This document shows positions 1-10,055 of a stretch of DNA of 64,000 nucleotides, piece by piece. This DNA comes from Candidatus Latescibacterota bacterium. GTDB taxonomy: Bacteria; Latescibacterota; UBA2968; GCA-2709665. Numbering within the stretch: the first letter of the stretch is position 1; each line of letters begins with the position of its first letter. The position numbers were made by a program, and so were the translations under genes. The stretch is from positions 128,001 to 192,000 of the forward strand of contig OZ244744.1 in NCBI GenBank assembly GCA_965219455.1, in the 5' to 3' direction. Under the pieces are notes generated by a model. It did no database searches. It worked only from the letters and a program-made list of their open reading frames with translations, and had not been told where the DNA came from.

Positions 1-768
1 ACCGGCACCGGGATGGTCTTCAACGGACAGGGCGAGGGCGACGAGCGGCTGGAACTCGGTGTATCCGGCCTGCTATTCAATAACAATCTCGTGATGTACG
101 ACCGTCGTCACGACGACACCCTGTACCCGCAGATGACCCACATAGGTATTAAGGGATTCGGTACCGAGAGGGAACTCGCACTGATGCCCGTGATCGAAAC
201 CACGTGGGGCAACTGGAAGAGGCTCTACCCGGGCACGTTGGTCGTCAGTTCCGCGTCCAGGGGAATGTACCGATCGGAACGATACGCCATGTACCCCTAC
301 GCCGGATACCGCAACCCGGAGTCGGCGCCGCTGTTCCCCCTGTTTCCGGAACCGGACGACAATCCCATCGTTTCTGATTATCCTCCGAAAGAGATGGTAC
401 TGGGCGTTCGATTCGGGTCCGTCGTCAAGGCCTATCCCTATTCGCAAATGGGCGGCGATCAAGCCGCAATCAACGATAGGATCGCAGATCACAACGTCCT
501 TGTACTCTACGACGCCGCAGCCCGGATGGCCCTGCCTTTCAGTCGGGACGTGGGCAATCGGACACTGACCTTCGATAGAATGCCTTCGACAAACCGGCGG
601 TTTTCCTTTATGCTGAAAGACCGTGAAACCGGCACCACCTGGAACCAGTTGGGGCAGGCATTGGCGGGGGAGCTTGAAGGCAACCAACTCTATCAGATCC
701 CGGCACACAACGCATTCTGGTTCGCCTGGGCAACCTTCTGGCAGGACACCGGGGTTTACGCGCCCTGA
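1..768 (+). CDS. DUF3179 family protein, 5'-truncated by the window edge
   Basis: Frame is open from base 1 (TGTGMVFN...). Motifs GVSGLLFNNNLVMYDR, TTWGNWK, VKAYP, DRETGTTWN and HNAFWFAW are typical of DUF3179. Paralogue at 3640-4872. Confidence 0.85.
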   Translation, partial: TGTGMVFNGQGEGDERLELGVSGLLFNNNLVMYDRRHDDTLYPQMTHIGIKGFGTERELALMPVIETTWGNWKRLYPGTLVVSSASRGMYRSERYAMYPYAGYRNPESAPLFPLFPEPDDNPIVSDYPPKEMVLGVRFGSVVKAYPYSQMGGDQAAINDRIADHNVLVLYDAAARMALPFSRDVGNRTLTFDRMPSTNRRFSFMLKDRETGTTWNQLGQALAGELEGNQLYQIPAHNAFWFAWATFWQDTGVYAP

Positions 769-888
769 CCACAGTACGGGACAACACTCGGTAGCCTGAA
801 TTCAAATGGATCGGCTATTGGCTATTCTCGCTTCCCTGGTATCGATGACGCGGTTCCGGTGTACTGATCCCGACCCGTTGTCCTCTAC

Positions 889-1836
889 ATGACAACCGTA
901 CTCGTGAGGCCGGCCACGGTCGCCCTGCTCGTGATTGTCGCCTCCTGTACGCCCCGCAACGTAATCGCGGGCGCCTGGACGCTTCCCAGGAATCACGTGT
1001 GGTGCAAGGTTGCCTTTCTGAGCCAGACGACCCACGAAGAATACGTCGGCGCTGCCGGATCGGGAAGAGGGCCGGATCCCACACGGGTCTATAGGGAAGG
1101 AAACCGCGCCAGATATCGGTTTAACGGCAGGTACAGCTCGCGTGCCCTGTTTTTCGATCTTTTTTACGGTGCAACGGACAGATTCGACGTTGGACTGCAG
1201 GTGCCCTTTTTCCGGCAGGAATACCAGGACACGGCCCTCCTAACCGGCTTCGGGGAACCCCGAACGGCAACCGGTTTCGGAGATATCCGGGGATTCCTCA
1301 AAGTCAACCTGTCAGACCGGCGCACCGTGGGCACGTTGACATTGGGTTTCAAGGCGCCAACCGGCGAATTTGTCAACGAAGACGGTCTGATCCCCGTCGG
1401 GGAAGGGCAGTGGGATTTCGATGCCATTTTCCAATTGGGCCGATCGTTTTGGCCAATTCCGGCTTACGTTAACTCGGATGTCGGATACAGGCTTCGCCGC
1501 AAGAATGGAGAGATCGACCGGGATCCCGGCGACGAGTGGTTCTTCGTTGCGGAGGCCGGCTTCCAGGTACGCCGAATGGCGCTGGTCGGCGTAAAATTCC
1601 ACGGCATCCGGGGCAAGGCAGCCACCGTCTTTAACGCCAGAATCCATACGGACATCAAAAATATCACCTATATTTCCCCGGTGATCAACATTGGGCCATT
1701 TCGCGCGTTTACTTTGGAAACCGCCTTGAACATTTCCGTTGGAGGCCAGAACTATCCAGCTGGCTGGATGGCGGTCGTTGGCCTCTCCTATAAGGGCAGT
1801 CCTTTTCCGCGTGACATCAAGTCAGCCGCGAGATAA
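889..1836 (+). CDS. Exported outer-membrane beta-barrel / 'transporter' (MetA-pathway-like) protein
   Basis: N-terminal signal segment, alternating beta-strand pattern, motifs TGFGDIR, GFKAPTG, PVGEGQWD and DPGDEW. Confidence 0.6.
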   Translation: MTTVLVRPATVALLVIVASCTPRNVIAGAWTLPRNHVWCKVAFLSQTTHEEYVGAAGSGRGPDPTRVYREGNRARYRFNGRYSSRALFFDLFYGATDRFDVGLQVPFFRQEYQDTALLTGFGEPRTATGFGDIRGFLKVNLSDRRTVGTLTLGFKAPTGEFVNEDGLIPVGEGQWDFDAIFQLGRSFWPIPAYVNSDVGYRLRRKNGEIDRDPGDEWFFVAEAGFQVRRMALVGVKFHGIRGKAATVFNARIHTDIKNITYISPVINIGPFRAFTLETALNISVGGQNYPAGWMAVVGLSYKGSPFPRDIKSAAR

Positions 1837-1987
1837 ACGATCTTTTCCGATCCACGCGCTTCGGACATTCGGGCATTGTACAACCGGCTGAATCGGCAAC
1901 GCAAAGCCCTGCGTTCTGCCTGACCGTGCCGGCGACCCCTTATCAGTCCGGATTCGCGTTTTGAACCCGGAGAACAAGAGGTGTGAG

Positions 1988-2752
1988 ATGAAGCTGTCCG
2001 AGACGCAGGTGGCGGGGTTCCGCGAAGAAGGCGTGATGGTGGTTGAGGACCTGCTTGACGCGGATGAAGTCGACGCGCTGCTTAAAAGAGCCGAATGGGT
2101 GGCCAGCGGCCGGGCGCCTCACATTTCCAGTCAACGGCTGCAGGTGGAGCCCGAGGTGAACCAGGGAATGGCGGCGGCAGACACGTATGCGGATTCACTG
2201 CGGAAGATGAGCCATCTCGCGTTCTGTGACGACGTATTCGAATCCCACGCGCGCAACCCGAAGGTTCTGGACGTGATCGAGTCCCTACTCGGTCCGGACC
2301 TCAAGCTCTATCAGGACCAGTGGTTCATGAAGCCACCCAGAATCGGCTCCAGGCAACCCTACCACCAGGATATGCCACTCGGATTTCACATCGACCCGCC
2401 CGATATGGTCACCTGCTGGGCGGCGCTGAATGACGCAACCATCGAAAACGGTTGCCTCTGGATGTTGCCCGGCACCCATCGGTTCGGGATCATTCCCACG
2501 GAGAAATGGGCGGACTATGAACGAATGTCGCTGGACGGAAGCCTGCCGGAAGAGCGGCCCATCGAGTTGAAAGCGGGCAGTTGCAGTTTTCACCATGGTC
2601 TGATTCTGCACAGCAGCAGGCCAAACCAGTCAACTCTGCGTCGTCGGGGTTATGCCACACACTACGTCAGCGCAAGGTGCCGCTTTACAGGCCCGTCAGA
2701 AAAAAGCGACGCCATGCTGGTCAGGGGCGCCTCCATTCCGGGTTGTATCTGA
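1988..2752 (+). CDS. Phytanoyl-CoA dioxygenase (PhyH) family Fe(II)/2OG oxygenase
   Basis: HQD...H facial triad, ENGCLWMLPGTH, GSCSFHHG..LHSS.PN and terminal R. RBS GAGGT before ATG 1988. Confidence 0.9.
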   Translation: MKLSETQVAGFREEGVMVVEDLLDADEVDALLKRAEWVASGRAPHISSQRLQVEPEVNQGMAAADTYADSLRKMSHLAFCDDVFESHARNPKVLDVIESLLGPDLKLYQDQWFMKPPRIGSRQPYHQDMPLGFHIDPPDMVTCWAALNDATIENGCLWMLPGTHRFGIIPTEKWADYERMSLDGSLPEERPIELKAGSCSFHHGLILHSSRPNQSTLRRRGYATHYVSARCRFTGPSEKSDAMLVRGASIPGCI

Positions 2753-2859
2753 GGATGCGTCTATTTCAGCGACGGCAATGACGCGGAGGCCGTCGCCATT
2801 ACAGGAAGGTCGTCCGCCGGCGCGCTGAACGGACACCTCATAACGAAAGGATCGACGCC

Positions 2860-3483
2860 ATGAGACATGCAGTCATCTTTCTGGCAGCTGGAATACTGGC
2901 CTGGGGGACCCCCGCGCACGCCGACGTTTTTCCGGGAGAGGAACCCGACGAAGGAACGGGCGTGACGCTGAGTCCCGTTCGCGCGGGACGTCTGGAGGTC
3001 ATCCCCATTCTGTCGGTCGGAATTTCCGACGGTTCAGTGGTCTATCAAGGCGGCGTGTCGGCAGGATATTCGTTGAGCCACATGCACCAGATAGGCGGGG
3101 CCTTTGTGGCTGGCAATCGGGCATACGATCGGTGGGGAGATCGAAGGGAAATAATAGAGACGCCGCAGCCGCCCGTGCAATCCACGGCCGGATATCCCGT
3201 GTCGGCCGAGGAAGGATTCGGCTCCTCACTGTCCGGCTTCTATCGGCTCAACATTCCGCTGAAGTTGGACAAGCGCACCTCGCCATTCCTCGAGGCATTC
3301 GCCGCCAGAGACTACTGGGGATGGGCCGGTGTAAGCGAACTGGGCGGAGGAATCGGGTTCAGGCGCGTCCTGTCCTACCGGACGGCACTCACCACCCGTT
3401 ACTCTTACGTGGCCCTGTTCACCGGGGGCCAGCGCTTGAACCGGCACGTTGCGACGGTCGGGGTATCGATGTTCTTCAGGTAG
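2860..3483 (+). CDS. Small outer-membrane beta-barrel protein
   Basis: Signal peptide ending AHA-D, amphipathic strands, C-terminal GVSMFFR; RBS AAGGA. Confidence 0.6.
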   Translation: MRHAVIFLAAGILAWGTPAHADVFPGEEPDEGTGVTLSPVRAGRLEVIPILSVGISDGSVVYQGGVSAGYSLSHMHQIGGAFVAGNRAYDRWGDRREIIETPQPPVQSTAGYPVSAEEGFGSSLSGFYRLNIPLKLDKRTSPFLEAFAARDYWGWAGVSELGGGIGFRRVLSYRTALTTRYSYVALFTGGQRLNRHVATVGVSMFFR

Positions 3484-3639
3484 GCCTAGGTAGAACGCAA
3501 TACGGCCGGCCCGGTACCGCCTGTCCTGGGCCGGGCCATTTGCGGCGGGGAAAGGGCTTGCTGCGTCCGACGATTTCGTGGGCGAGCCGACGTGGTTGGA
3601 AACGGTACGCTCCGGATTCCAGGCCGATGACGAATCGAC

Positions 3640-4872
3640 ATGATTCCCTCCATTACACCGCACCCGTTCCGCCTTCTTCTGTCCCTTCTTCTGTTGAGCG
3701 TCGCTAACTGCGGAAGGGAAACGCCCACCGATTCAACCGACCCATCCGAAAATTACGGCGCCGATACCTTTAAAACCATCGTCGGAGACGACGCGGGCGG
3801 CAATTCGGACTCAAGCGGAACCCGGGCCGTCGACTTCGCGGGGCGCAATTTCCTCAACGCGCTGACGTTTCCCCACGACAAAATCGATCGCGTCTATCAA
3901 CAAGACGCCACACTTGCCCTGATCGACCCGCGGTTTGTTCCCGCAGCTTCCGCCGAGGCCCGTTATCTGTCGGACAACGACCTGGTAATCGGGGTGCGTC
4001 TCAACGGCATTTCCAAAGCCTATCCCCACAAGATGGCATGGTACCATCAGATCGTCAACGACCGCATCGGAGGCCAGCCGATTGCGGTCACATTCTCGCC
4101 GTTCACAGGCAGCGGCATCGTATTCGCGGCATGGAGCGGCGGCGCGATCAACCGGCTCAAGTTTGGCGCATCCGGAGAACTCTTTAACAACAACCTGATC
4201 ATGTACGATCTGAACGACGAACAGATTCGCTATCCCCAGATGACACATACCGGCATCTCAGGTGTCAGGGCCGGATGGATTCTGAATACCCCGCCCTTCG
4301 TTGAAACCACCTGGCGCTATTGGAAACAACTCTATCCCGACACGTTCGTCATCAGCAGCAACACACCTGGAGCATTTGACGTAAGCGATTATAGTGTATA
4401 TCCTTATGGATTATACCGGGACCCCGAATCCGCCCCGCGGTTCCAGGTGTTTCCACGTCTTGAAGACAATCCGCTTGCGGGGCTGTTTTCGCCCAAGGAA
4501 CTGACTTTCGGGGTTCGGTTTGTCGAAAAAGCAAAAGCATATCCCATGTCGACCCTGGGCGAAGAGGCGGTGATCAATGACACGCTGGCGGAAAGAAACA
4601 TCGTTGTGGTATGGTATGCCGCCGAACAAATGGCTGTCGCCTTCAGCCGGGACTATGCGCAACGGACCCTGACCTTTGATAAAATTCCGTCTACGTTGCA
4701 GGCCTACCCCTTCATGTTGCGAGACCGGGAGACCCATTCCACGTGGGATTTGAAGGGCCGGGCTATTGCGGGGCCCCAGAAAGACAATGTGTTGCAACAG
4801 ATCCCGGGGCACGGTGCCTTCTGGTTCGCCTGGATTACGTTCTGGCAGGACACGGAAGTTTACGGAGGATAG
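3640..4872 (+). CDS. DUF3179 family lipoprotein (Cys-less variant)
   Basis: Lipobox-like VANC; KAYP..MAWYHQIVND, FGASGELFNNNLIMYD, AFWFAW. Has VTFSPFTGSG where the family usually has a Cys (or Sec). Confidence 0.85.
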   Translation: MIPSITPHPFRLLLSLLLLSVANCGRETPTDSTDPSENYGADTFKTIVGDDAGGNSDSSGTRAVDFAGRNFLNALTFPHDKIDRVYQQDATLALIDPRFVPAASAEARYLSDNDLVIGVRLNGISKAYPHKMAWYHQIVNDRIGGQPIAVTFSPFTGSGIVFAAWSGGAINRLKFGASGELFNNNLIMYDLNDEQIRYPQMTHTGISGVRAGWILNTPPFVETTWRYWKQLYPDTFVISSNTPGAFDVSDYSVYPYGLYRDPESAPRFQVFPRLEDNPLAGLFSPKELTFGVRFVEKAKAYPMSTLGEEAVINDTLAERNIVVVWYAAEQMAVAFSRDYAQRTLTFDKIPSTLQAYPFMLRDRETHSTWDLKGRAIAGPQKDNVLQQIPGHGAFWFAWITFWQDTEVYGG

Positions 4873-4877
4873 TCGAC

Positions 4878-4929
4878 TCGAAACGTGGACGCTGAGCTTG
4901 TCGAAGCGCCCACGTTTCGACAAGCTCAG
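4878..4929. repeat. REP-like nested palindrome (CTGAGCTTGTCGAA / TTCGACAAGCTCAG family)
   Basis: ctgagcttgtcgaa 4892-4905 pairs with ttcgacaagctcag 4916-4929; an alternative stem forms between tcgaaacgtggacgct 4878-4893 and agcgcccacgtttcga 4905-4920. A half-site recurs at 24177-24191. Confidence 0.7.
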
Positions 4930-5054
4930 GGAGCGGCTCAGGGTACAGGCTTAATGATGTTCGCTGCGTGCGCTGCGGACGTTGCACCTGGCGAAACGCG
5001 CTCGGCCGGCGAATTCGGCAATCTATGTCCGGGACAGAACACTGCTTCCACGGT

Positions 5055-5723
5055 TCAGGCGGTCATGTACAAGGCGGCCACGACCCAGACGACGAGAAAA
5101 CCCATGCCGCAGCCGGCAGCAACCTGCGGATACGAGTGCGCGCCAAGAACAATACGCGCCCACGAGACTACCAACGGCAGGGGCAGCCAGTATATGGCCG
5201 AAGGCCCGAGCAAATGATGAAGCATCGCCAACGGACCGCACACGCCCGCCGCATGCAGGCTTATCTTCCATCGTGGGTTCGTCCCGGCGGCGACAAGCCC
5301 CAACACGACATAGCTGAGCATAAACGCACTTACCGGCGGCGGCGCGTCCGTGGACCGCAGCAAGACAAATCCAACGAAGCAACTTGCGGAACTCATCAGC
5401 AGCGGCTTCCCGCGACGGGATCGAATTGAAATAAAGAACCCATCCACCTCCTTGCGCGCCACCAGGAGTCCGACATACAGCGTCGGCAAACAGGTCGCAA
5501 AGAGCAGACAGATGCTCAGCCAGCCAGCGCGATGTATCATGGGCGCCGGCGGCCGGCAAATCAACAGGATCGACATACCGGCCGCTGCGAGCGGAGGGCT
5601 AAGTACCGCCGATATTGTCCTTGCGACAACGCGCTGAGCGCAGAGACGGGTCATCGGTCTTCTGAAGGTTTCCATGTATTGTGGGCGAAATCCCGATCTA
5701 ACTGTTGCCAGGCGACGCAACAA
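5055..5723 (-). CDS. PAP2-like integral membrane protein (start uncertain)
   Basis: About 6 TM helices; KISLH and WARIVLGAHSYPQVAAG resemble the PAP2 C2/C3 motifs. Confidence 0.65.
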   Translation of the reverse strand: MLRRLATVRSGFRPQYMETFRRPMTRLCAQRVVARTISAVLSPPLAAAGMSILLICRPPAPMIHRAGWLSICLLFATCLPTLYVGLLVARKEVDGFFISIRSRRGKPLLMSSASCFVGFVLLRSTDAPPPVSAFMLSYVVLGLVAAGTNPRWKISLHAAGVCGPLAMLHHLLGPSAIYWLPLPLVVSWARIVLGAHSYPQVAAGCGMGFLVVWVVAALYMTA

Positions 5724-5786
5724 TATACGAATTGAATGCTCGAAATCTCGCTATTTTATGTTCACGCGCAGCCCGGATATTGCGCC

Positions 5787-5815
5787 TTGACAAGGCTTAC
5801 TATTTATTATATACT
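5787..5815 (+). promoter_or_regulatory. sigma70 promoter of the helicase-associated/WYL gene
   Basis: TTGACA (5787-92), 17 bp, TATACT (5810-15). Confidence 0.8.
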
Positions 5816-5888
5816 GCTTTAGGATAGTTTGCCGGCGTGGGAGAGTCGGTTTTTTTCGTTTCGACAACACAGAGTTCAACGGTGCCTT

Positions 5889-8441
5889 ATGAAATTGAGA
5901 GCCGTCCTCAGCCACCAGCCCATTGACAGGCTCAGCCGGATCGCCGCGTCGACCGATCTGCCAATTCACGCCGGCGCCAACAAAACGGTCCTGATAGACC
6001 TGATGTGTCGCCATCTTTCCAACCCATCGCGGGTCCGGGAACGACTGGATTCGCTTCAGCCCGACCATCGGGAGTTTCTCGTCAATCTGGCCGCGGAGGG
6101 AGGCGAACTGCTTAAGGAAGACGCCATCGACGAGTTGGGGGCGGGATTTACCCATCGTTTCCAGACGATGCAAGACGCGGTTTCCGACCTGGGTCTGGTC
6201 TTTGAAGATGCCGAAACCCTTGGGGCGGACAATTGTCTGGTCGGTATTCCGGAACCGGTCATCAAGGCCGTTGCCGTGCCGGCGAAGGAACGGGGTCGGC
6301 TCCGCCGCCTGATGCAATCTCGATCCATCGGGCTCCTTCGCGCCTTCGCGAGCGAACTGGGCTGTCCGTACGAGGATACTCACCGCGCCTTCGTGACGCG
6401 CGCCATCCGCAACCGGCTATTGGATCCGGAGCATCTGAAAACTTTCATCCGCGCCCTGCCGGAAACAAAGAGAGCCATTCTGGATCTGGCGCTGGCCGGA
6501 GATGCCATCACGCAGGACGAAATCCTGAGTTCCCTTGGTGAAGGGGGGCTTCGAGCACTGGACGAGATGATCTGGAAAACGCCGCTGTTTTTCCATTCAA
6601 CCGATCGACTCCTGACCGATACACCGCTCCTGCTGGCCTCAGACCTGAAGCCGGAAATTCAGTCCCTGGGCGACCGGATTGAGGAGACAATCGAGGAAAT
6701 TGTGTTAAGCACCGGACCGAACCCCTCCCAGACTCGGGAGCAGACGTCCTGCCTGGTACCCAATCTGTGCACCCTTCTTGGCTTTATCGAGCAGCGCAGG
6801 CCGCGTGCGCTCAAACATGGCGGCGTTTCCAGAGCCCGGCTTCGAGACGTCAACAAATACTACAGGGGCCACATAGATCCGGGTTATTCTGAATTCCTCC
6901 TCCTGTTTGCGGAAACGGCCGGATTTATTCAGTCCGACGCCAGAACGTGGCGTCTTGCCGGGGACGTTGCCGACCGATTCTCAAGGGTGGTTGACATTCG
7001 AAACGCCGTGCTTACGGTCTGGCGCGAGACCGACCGATGGAATGAGTGGACCGCGGAACGTTCCGGCGCGCGGGTCCGCAACGGGATTGACACGCTGAGA
7101 GGGCTTCGCCGCGACCTGCTCGACTGCCTTGCCAGATGTCCTGAAGACCGCTGGATATCGTACCCGAAATTTTACACACTGCTTACGCGCCGGTCCGAAA
7201 CCTTCGCCCACCTCGATGGACGTCCCCCAGCCGGGCGGGATTCTGTCGGTGGCGGCGCCGACGAACTGCTCCGGCGTATCCTCGTATCGGCTCTGACGTG
7301 GATGGGTCTGGTCAGCCTGGGAAATCCTGATGCGTTCAAAGAGCCCCTCGCACCGGACCACCAGGGTGTATTCAAACTCACCGGACCCGGCGTTGCGCTC
7401 CTCGGTGGACATGAAACAGTGAATACGCCCGGCGATACGGAGACCCGCCCCGCCGGGAAGTTTATCCTACAACCGAATCTTGAAATCCTTTCTCCACCTG
7501 ACCTTTCCTTTGAGCTTTACATCCGGCTTTTTTCCATAGCGGAACTCAAGGAAGTCGACGTACTGGAAAGATTCCGGATTTCGCCCCAATCCGTCCACGT
7601 GGCAATGAGCAGGGGCTGGGATGGAGCCTCCCTCAGAGAGTTTCTTCGGACCCACAGTGCCACCGGATTGCCGGAGATGGTGGACGCCCTGATCCAGGAG
7701 TGCGAAAGTAAGCACGGTGAAATTGAAATTGCGCCAGCTTCCGGCTATCTCATTAGCGAACGCCCCGAACTGCTGGACGAACTCTTCGTACAGAAAAAAA
7801 TCGCATCCCATCTAGCCGTTCGACTTTCGCCGACTGCGGCCGCCCTCAACCCGTCGACGCGCGTCGAGGAACTTCTGGATGCCCTGAACAGGCGCGGTTA
7901 TATGCCGAAGATAAGCTGCAAAGAGTCAAACGACGAACAACACCAGATTGTGCTGAAAAGTTCGGAGCTGTTACAACTGACAGGATTCCTTGAAAACGCC
8001 GTACAGACCTTCGCGGCACGGTCGGTTCCACTGCCAGAGGAACTGGAACGTCTGCTGAAACGTCTCCGCAGAAGTCTTCGAAGCATTCCGGACAGCGAGT
8101 GCCGAGACGCCCAGAACGACTATTGTATGACTTTTGAATCGCTATTCAAAGGCGGGCCGTCATGCGATGGCATCCAGGCGCTTGTTCAATACCCGGGCAC
8201 GAACCCCGCCACCGCCGGTGCCGACGTAAGGTGTCTCATCGGATACGCGATTGACCATCGTCTGTGCCTTGAAATCGACTATCTCGCCGAACGCAGCGAC
8301 GCAACATCATCTCGTTCGATTGAACCCCTCTTCGAAGATCACGGCGTACTCTACGGCTTTTGCAGGCACCGAAAAGGCGAGCGGATGTTCCGGCTTGACA
8401 GGATTCGGAGCGCCAGGTTGACTCCCTCAATTACGGAATGA
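5889..8441 (+). CDS. Helicase-associated (Helicase_C_3 / XPB N-terminal-like) domain protein with C-terminal WYL domain
   Basis: FILQPNLEILSPP...RFRISPQSV..AMSRG..LREFLRTHSATGLPEMV (Helicase_C_3). C-terminal LEIDY..SRSIEP..LYGFCRHRKGERMFRLDRI (WYL). Confidence 0.8.
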   Translation: MKLRAVLSHQPIDRLSRIAASTDLPIHAGANKTVLIDLMCRHLSNPSRVRERLDSLQPDHREFLVNLAAEGGELLKEDAIDELGAGFTHRFQTMQDAVSDLGLVFEDAETLGADNCLVGIPEPVIKAVAVPAKERGRLRRLMQSRSIGLLRAFASELGCPYEDTHRAFVTRAIRNRLLDPEHLKTFIRALPETKRAILDLALAGDAITQDEILSSLGEGGLRALDEMIWKTPLFFHSTDRLLTDTPLLLASDLKPEIQSLGDRIEETIEEIVLSTGPNPSQTREQTSCLVPNLCTLLGFIEQRRPRALKHGGVSRARLRDVNKYYRGHIDPGYSEFLLLFAETAGFIQSDARTWRLAGDVADRFSRVVDIRNAVLTVWRETDRWNEWTAERSGARVRNGIDTLRGLRRDLLDCLARCPEDRWISYPKFYTLLTRRSETFAHLDGRPPAGRDSVGGGADELLRRILVSALTWMGLVSLGNPDAFKEPLAPDHQGVFKLTGPGVALLGGHETVNTPGDTETRPAGKFILQPNLEILSPPDLSFELYIRLFSIAELKEVDVLERFRISPQSVHVAMSRGWDGASLREFLRTHSATGLPEMVDALIQECESKHGEIEIAPASGYLISERPELLDELFVQKKIASHLAVRLSPTAAALNPSTRVEELLDALNRRGYMPKISCKESNDEQHQIVLKSSELLQLTGFLENAVQTFAARSVPLPEELERLLKRLRRSLRSIPDSECRDAQNDYCMTFESLFKGGPSCDGIQALVQYPGTNPATAGADVRCLIGYAIDHRLCLEIDYLAERSDATSSRSIEPLFEDHGVLYGFCRHRKGERMFRLDRIRSARLTPSITE

Positions 8442-8516
8442 TCCGAACGGGGGCTTACACGTCCTTAGCAGTCCCTTGAAGTTCGAACGGGCCCGCGAAT
8501 GTGGCCGGCGCACTCC

Positions 8517-8545
8517 TTGACATTTCACGTCGCAGACCCTATATT
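8517..8545 (+). promoter_or_regulatory. sigma70 promoter
   Basis: TTGACA, 17 bp, TATATT upstream of 8644. Confidence 0.7.
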
Positions 8546-8643
8546 GCGCGATTCATGACGGGACCTTATCCGCACCCGCGTAACAGCCGCCGCCATTTCA
8601 GGGCGATCCGCAGGCCGGTGACCAGACATCCGGGAAAACCCAT

Positions 8644-9459
8644 ATGCCGCTGAAATACTCCATTCGTGAAAATATGGCGCCGGGGAATTCCATCCTGGAA
8701 AAATTCCGTAACCTCGCGGAAATCGGCATCGAAGGCATCGAAATTACAGCCAGCAGTTCGGTGGAACACGCCGCAGAAATCCGCAACGCATCCGCGGAAA
8801 CCGGCGTCACCCCCAATATCTTTTCAATCCGGGGAACGATGGGCCTTCTGGATGCACGGGTCGCGGAAAGAAGGCAGGCGTCGAACGACCTCAAAGACGC
8901 GCTCACACTCTGCGGCGACCTGGGCGGCGTCGGGGTCATATTCCCTCCGCTGATTGCAATAAAACTTCAGCATGGCCATCGTATTCCGGATCTGACTCCC
9001 TTTGCGACCACCGCGCAGCTTGAAAAAAGCCTCCTCGCCGACATCCTCACGCACGATATCGGCCCACACGCCGAAGCCTGCGGATGCAGCGTCATTATCG
9101 AACCGCTCAACCGATACGAACAGTGGTGGCCGTGCACCCTCGCGGACGGGCTCGAGATCTGCAATGCCGCCAACAGTCCCGGTGTCACCTTAATGGCTGA
9201 CTTTTTTCACATGAGCATTGAAGAGTCCGATATGGCCGAAGCGATTCGCAACTGCGGCGAACGGATCACCAACGTGCATCTGGCCGACAGCAACCGAGTC
9301 CTTCCGGGCTACGGGCATACCGACTTCAGGCCTGCCCTGCAGGCACTGGAAGATATCGGCTATAAACATTTCAGTGGTTTTGAATGCGGGATCCCACGCG
9401 GGAGCGACCCCAAAGCCGAACTCAAGAAATCCATGGACTATCTCAACAGTTTACACTAG
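8644..9459 (+). CDS. Sugar phosphate isomerase/epimerase (xylose-isomerase-like TIM barrel)
   Basis: IEPLNRYE, ADFFHMSIEE, VHLADSNRVLPGYGHTDF, GFEC. Confidence 0.9.
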   Translation: MPLKYSIRENMAPGNSILEKFRNLAEIGIEGIEITASSSVEHAAEIRNASAETGVTPNIFSIRGTMGLLDARVAERRQASNDLKDALTLCGDLGGVGVIFPPLIAIKLQHGHRIPDLTPFATTAQLEKSLLADILTHDIGPHAEACGCSVIIEPLNRYEQWWPCTLADGLEICNAANSPGVTLMADFFHMSIEESDMAEAIRNCGERITNVHLADSNRVLPGYGHTDFRPALQALEDIGYKHFSGFECGIPRGSDPKAELKKSMDYLNSLH

Positions 9460-9631
9460 GATCCGGCCATCAATATTCACGCACATCGTGCGTTTTCTGG
9501 CCCGATATCGCCGCAACTGAAAATGTCGAACGCAACTGCCGAACTCGCCACGATAAGACCAGATATCCCCGGTAAATCCGGGGATTTGAATTTTACGCCC
9601 CTGACACCCCCAAACACACCGGAGGTCCCCA

Positions 9632-10042
9632 GTGGACCAGCCATCGGAAAAAAGCCTGAAGCGAATGTGGATTTATTTTAAGAAATATTGCGAGAAAACC
9701 GGCACGACCGGCCATCCCGACCGGGGCATCACCGAAGCCGTCGTCAACGGCTTGGCCGCGCACGTCGACGAATTCGGTCGTCCCCTGTGCCCATGCAACT
9801 TCTACCCCGACAAGAAAGCGGAACTCGAACGCAGCAGGGAATGGATCTGCGCCTGCGACGAGATGAAAATCTACAAGTACTGCCATTGTCTGCTCTTTGT
9901 CACCCCCGAAGGCCTGCCCGTCACCGAATACCTGCCGGAAGGACACGAAGGCAGGGAATCCTACGGCCTCGTTAAAGATCCCACCCCCGAAAAGGGCCGG
10001 GAAGCCCGCCGCCGCGCCGCTGAAAAAGAATCCGGTACTTGA
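9632..10042 (+). CDS. Ferredoxin-thioredoxin reductase catalytic subunit-like protein
   Basis: CPC, CAC and CHC motifs with FTR-beta spacing; GTG start with RBS GGAGG. Confidence 0.85.
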   Translation: MDQPSEKSLKRMWIYFKKYCEKTGTTGHPDRGITEAVVNGLAAHVDEFGRPLCPCNFYPDKKAELERSREWICACDEMKIYKYCHCLLFVTPEGLPVTEYLPEGHEGRESYGLVKDPTPEKGREARRRAAEKESGT

Positions 10043-10055
10043 GGATCGTCTCCGT

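Noticed and set aside
9897-10055. N-terminal extension of the metalloprotease overlapping the FTR gene
   Set aside because: It is an out-of-frame shadow of FTR; a signal peptide begins at ATG 10056.
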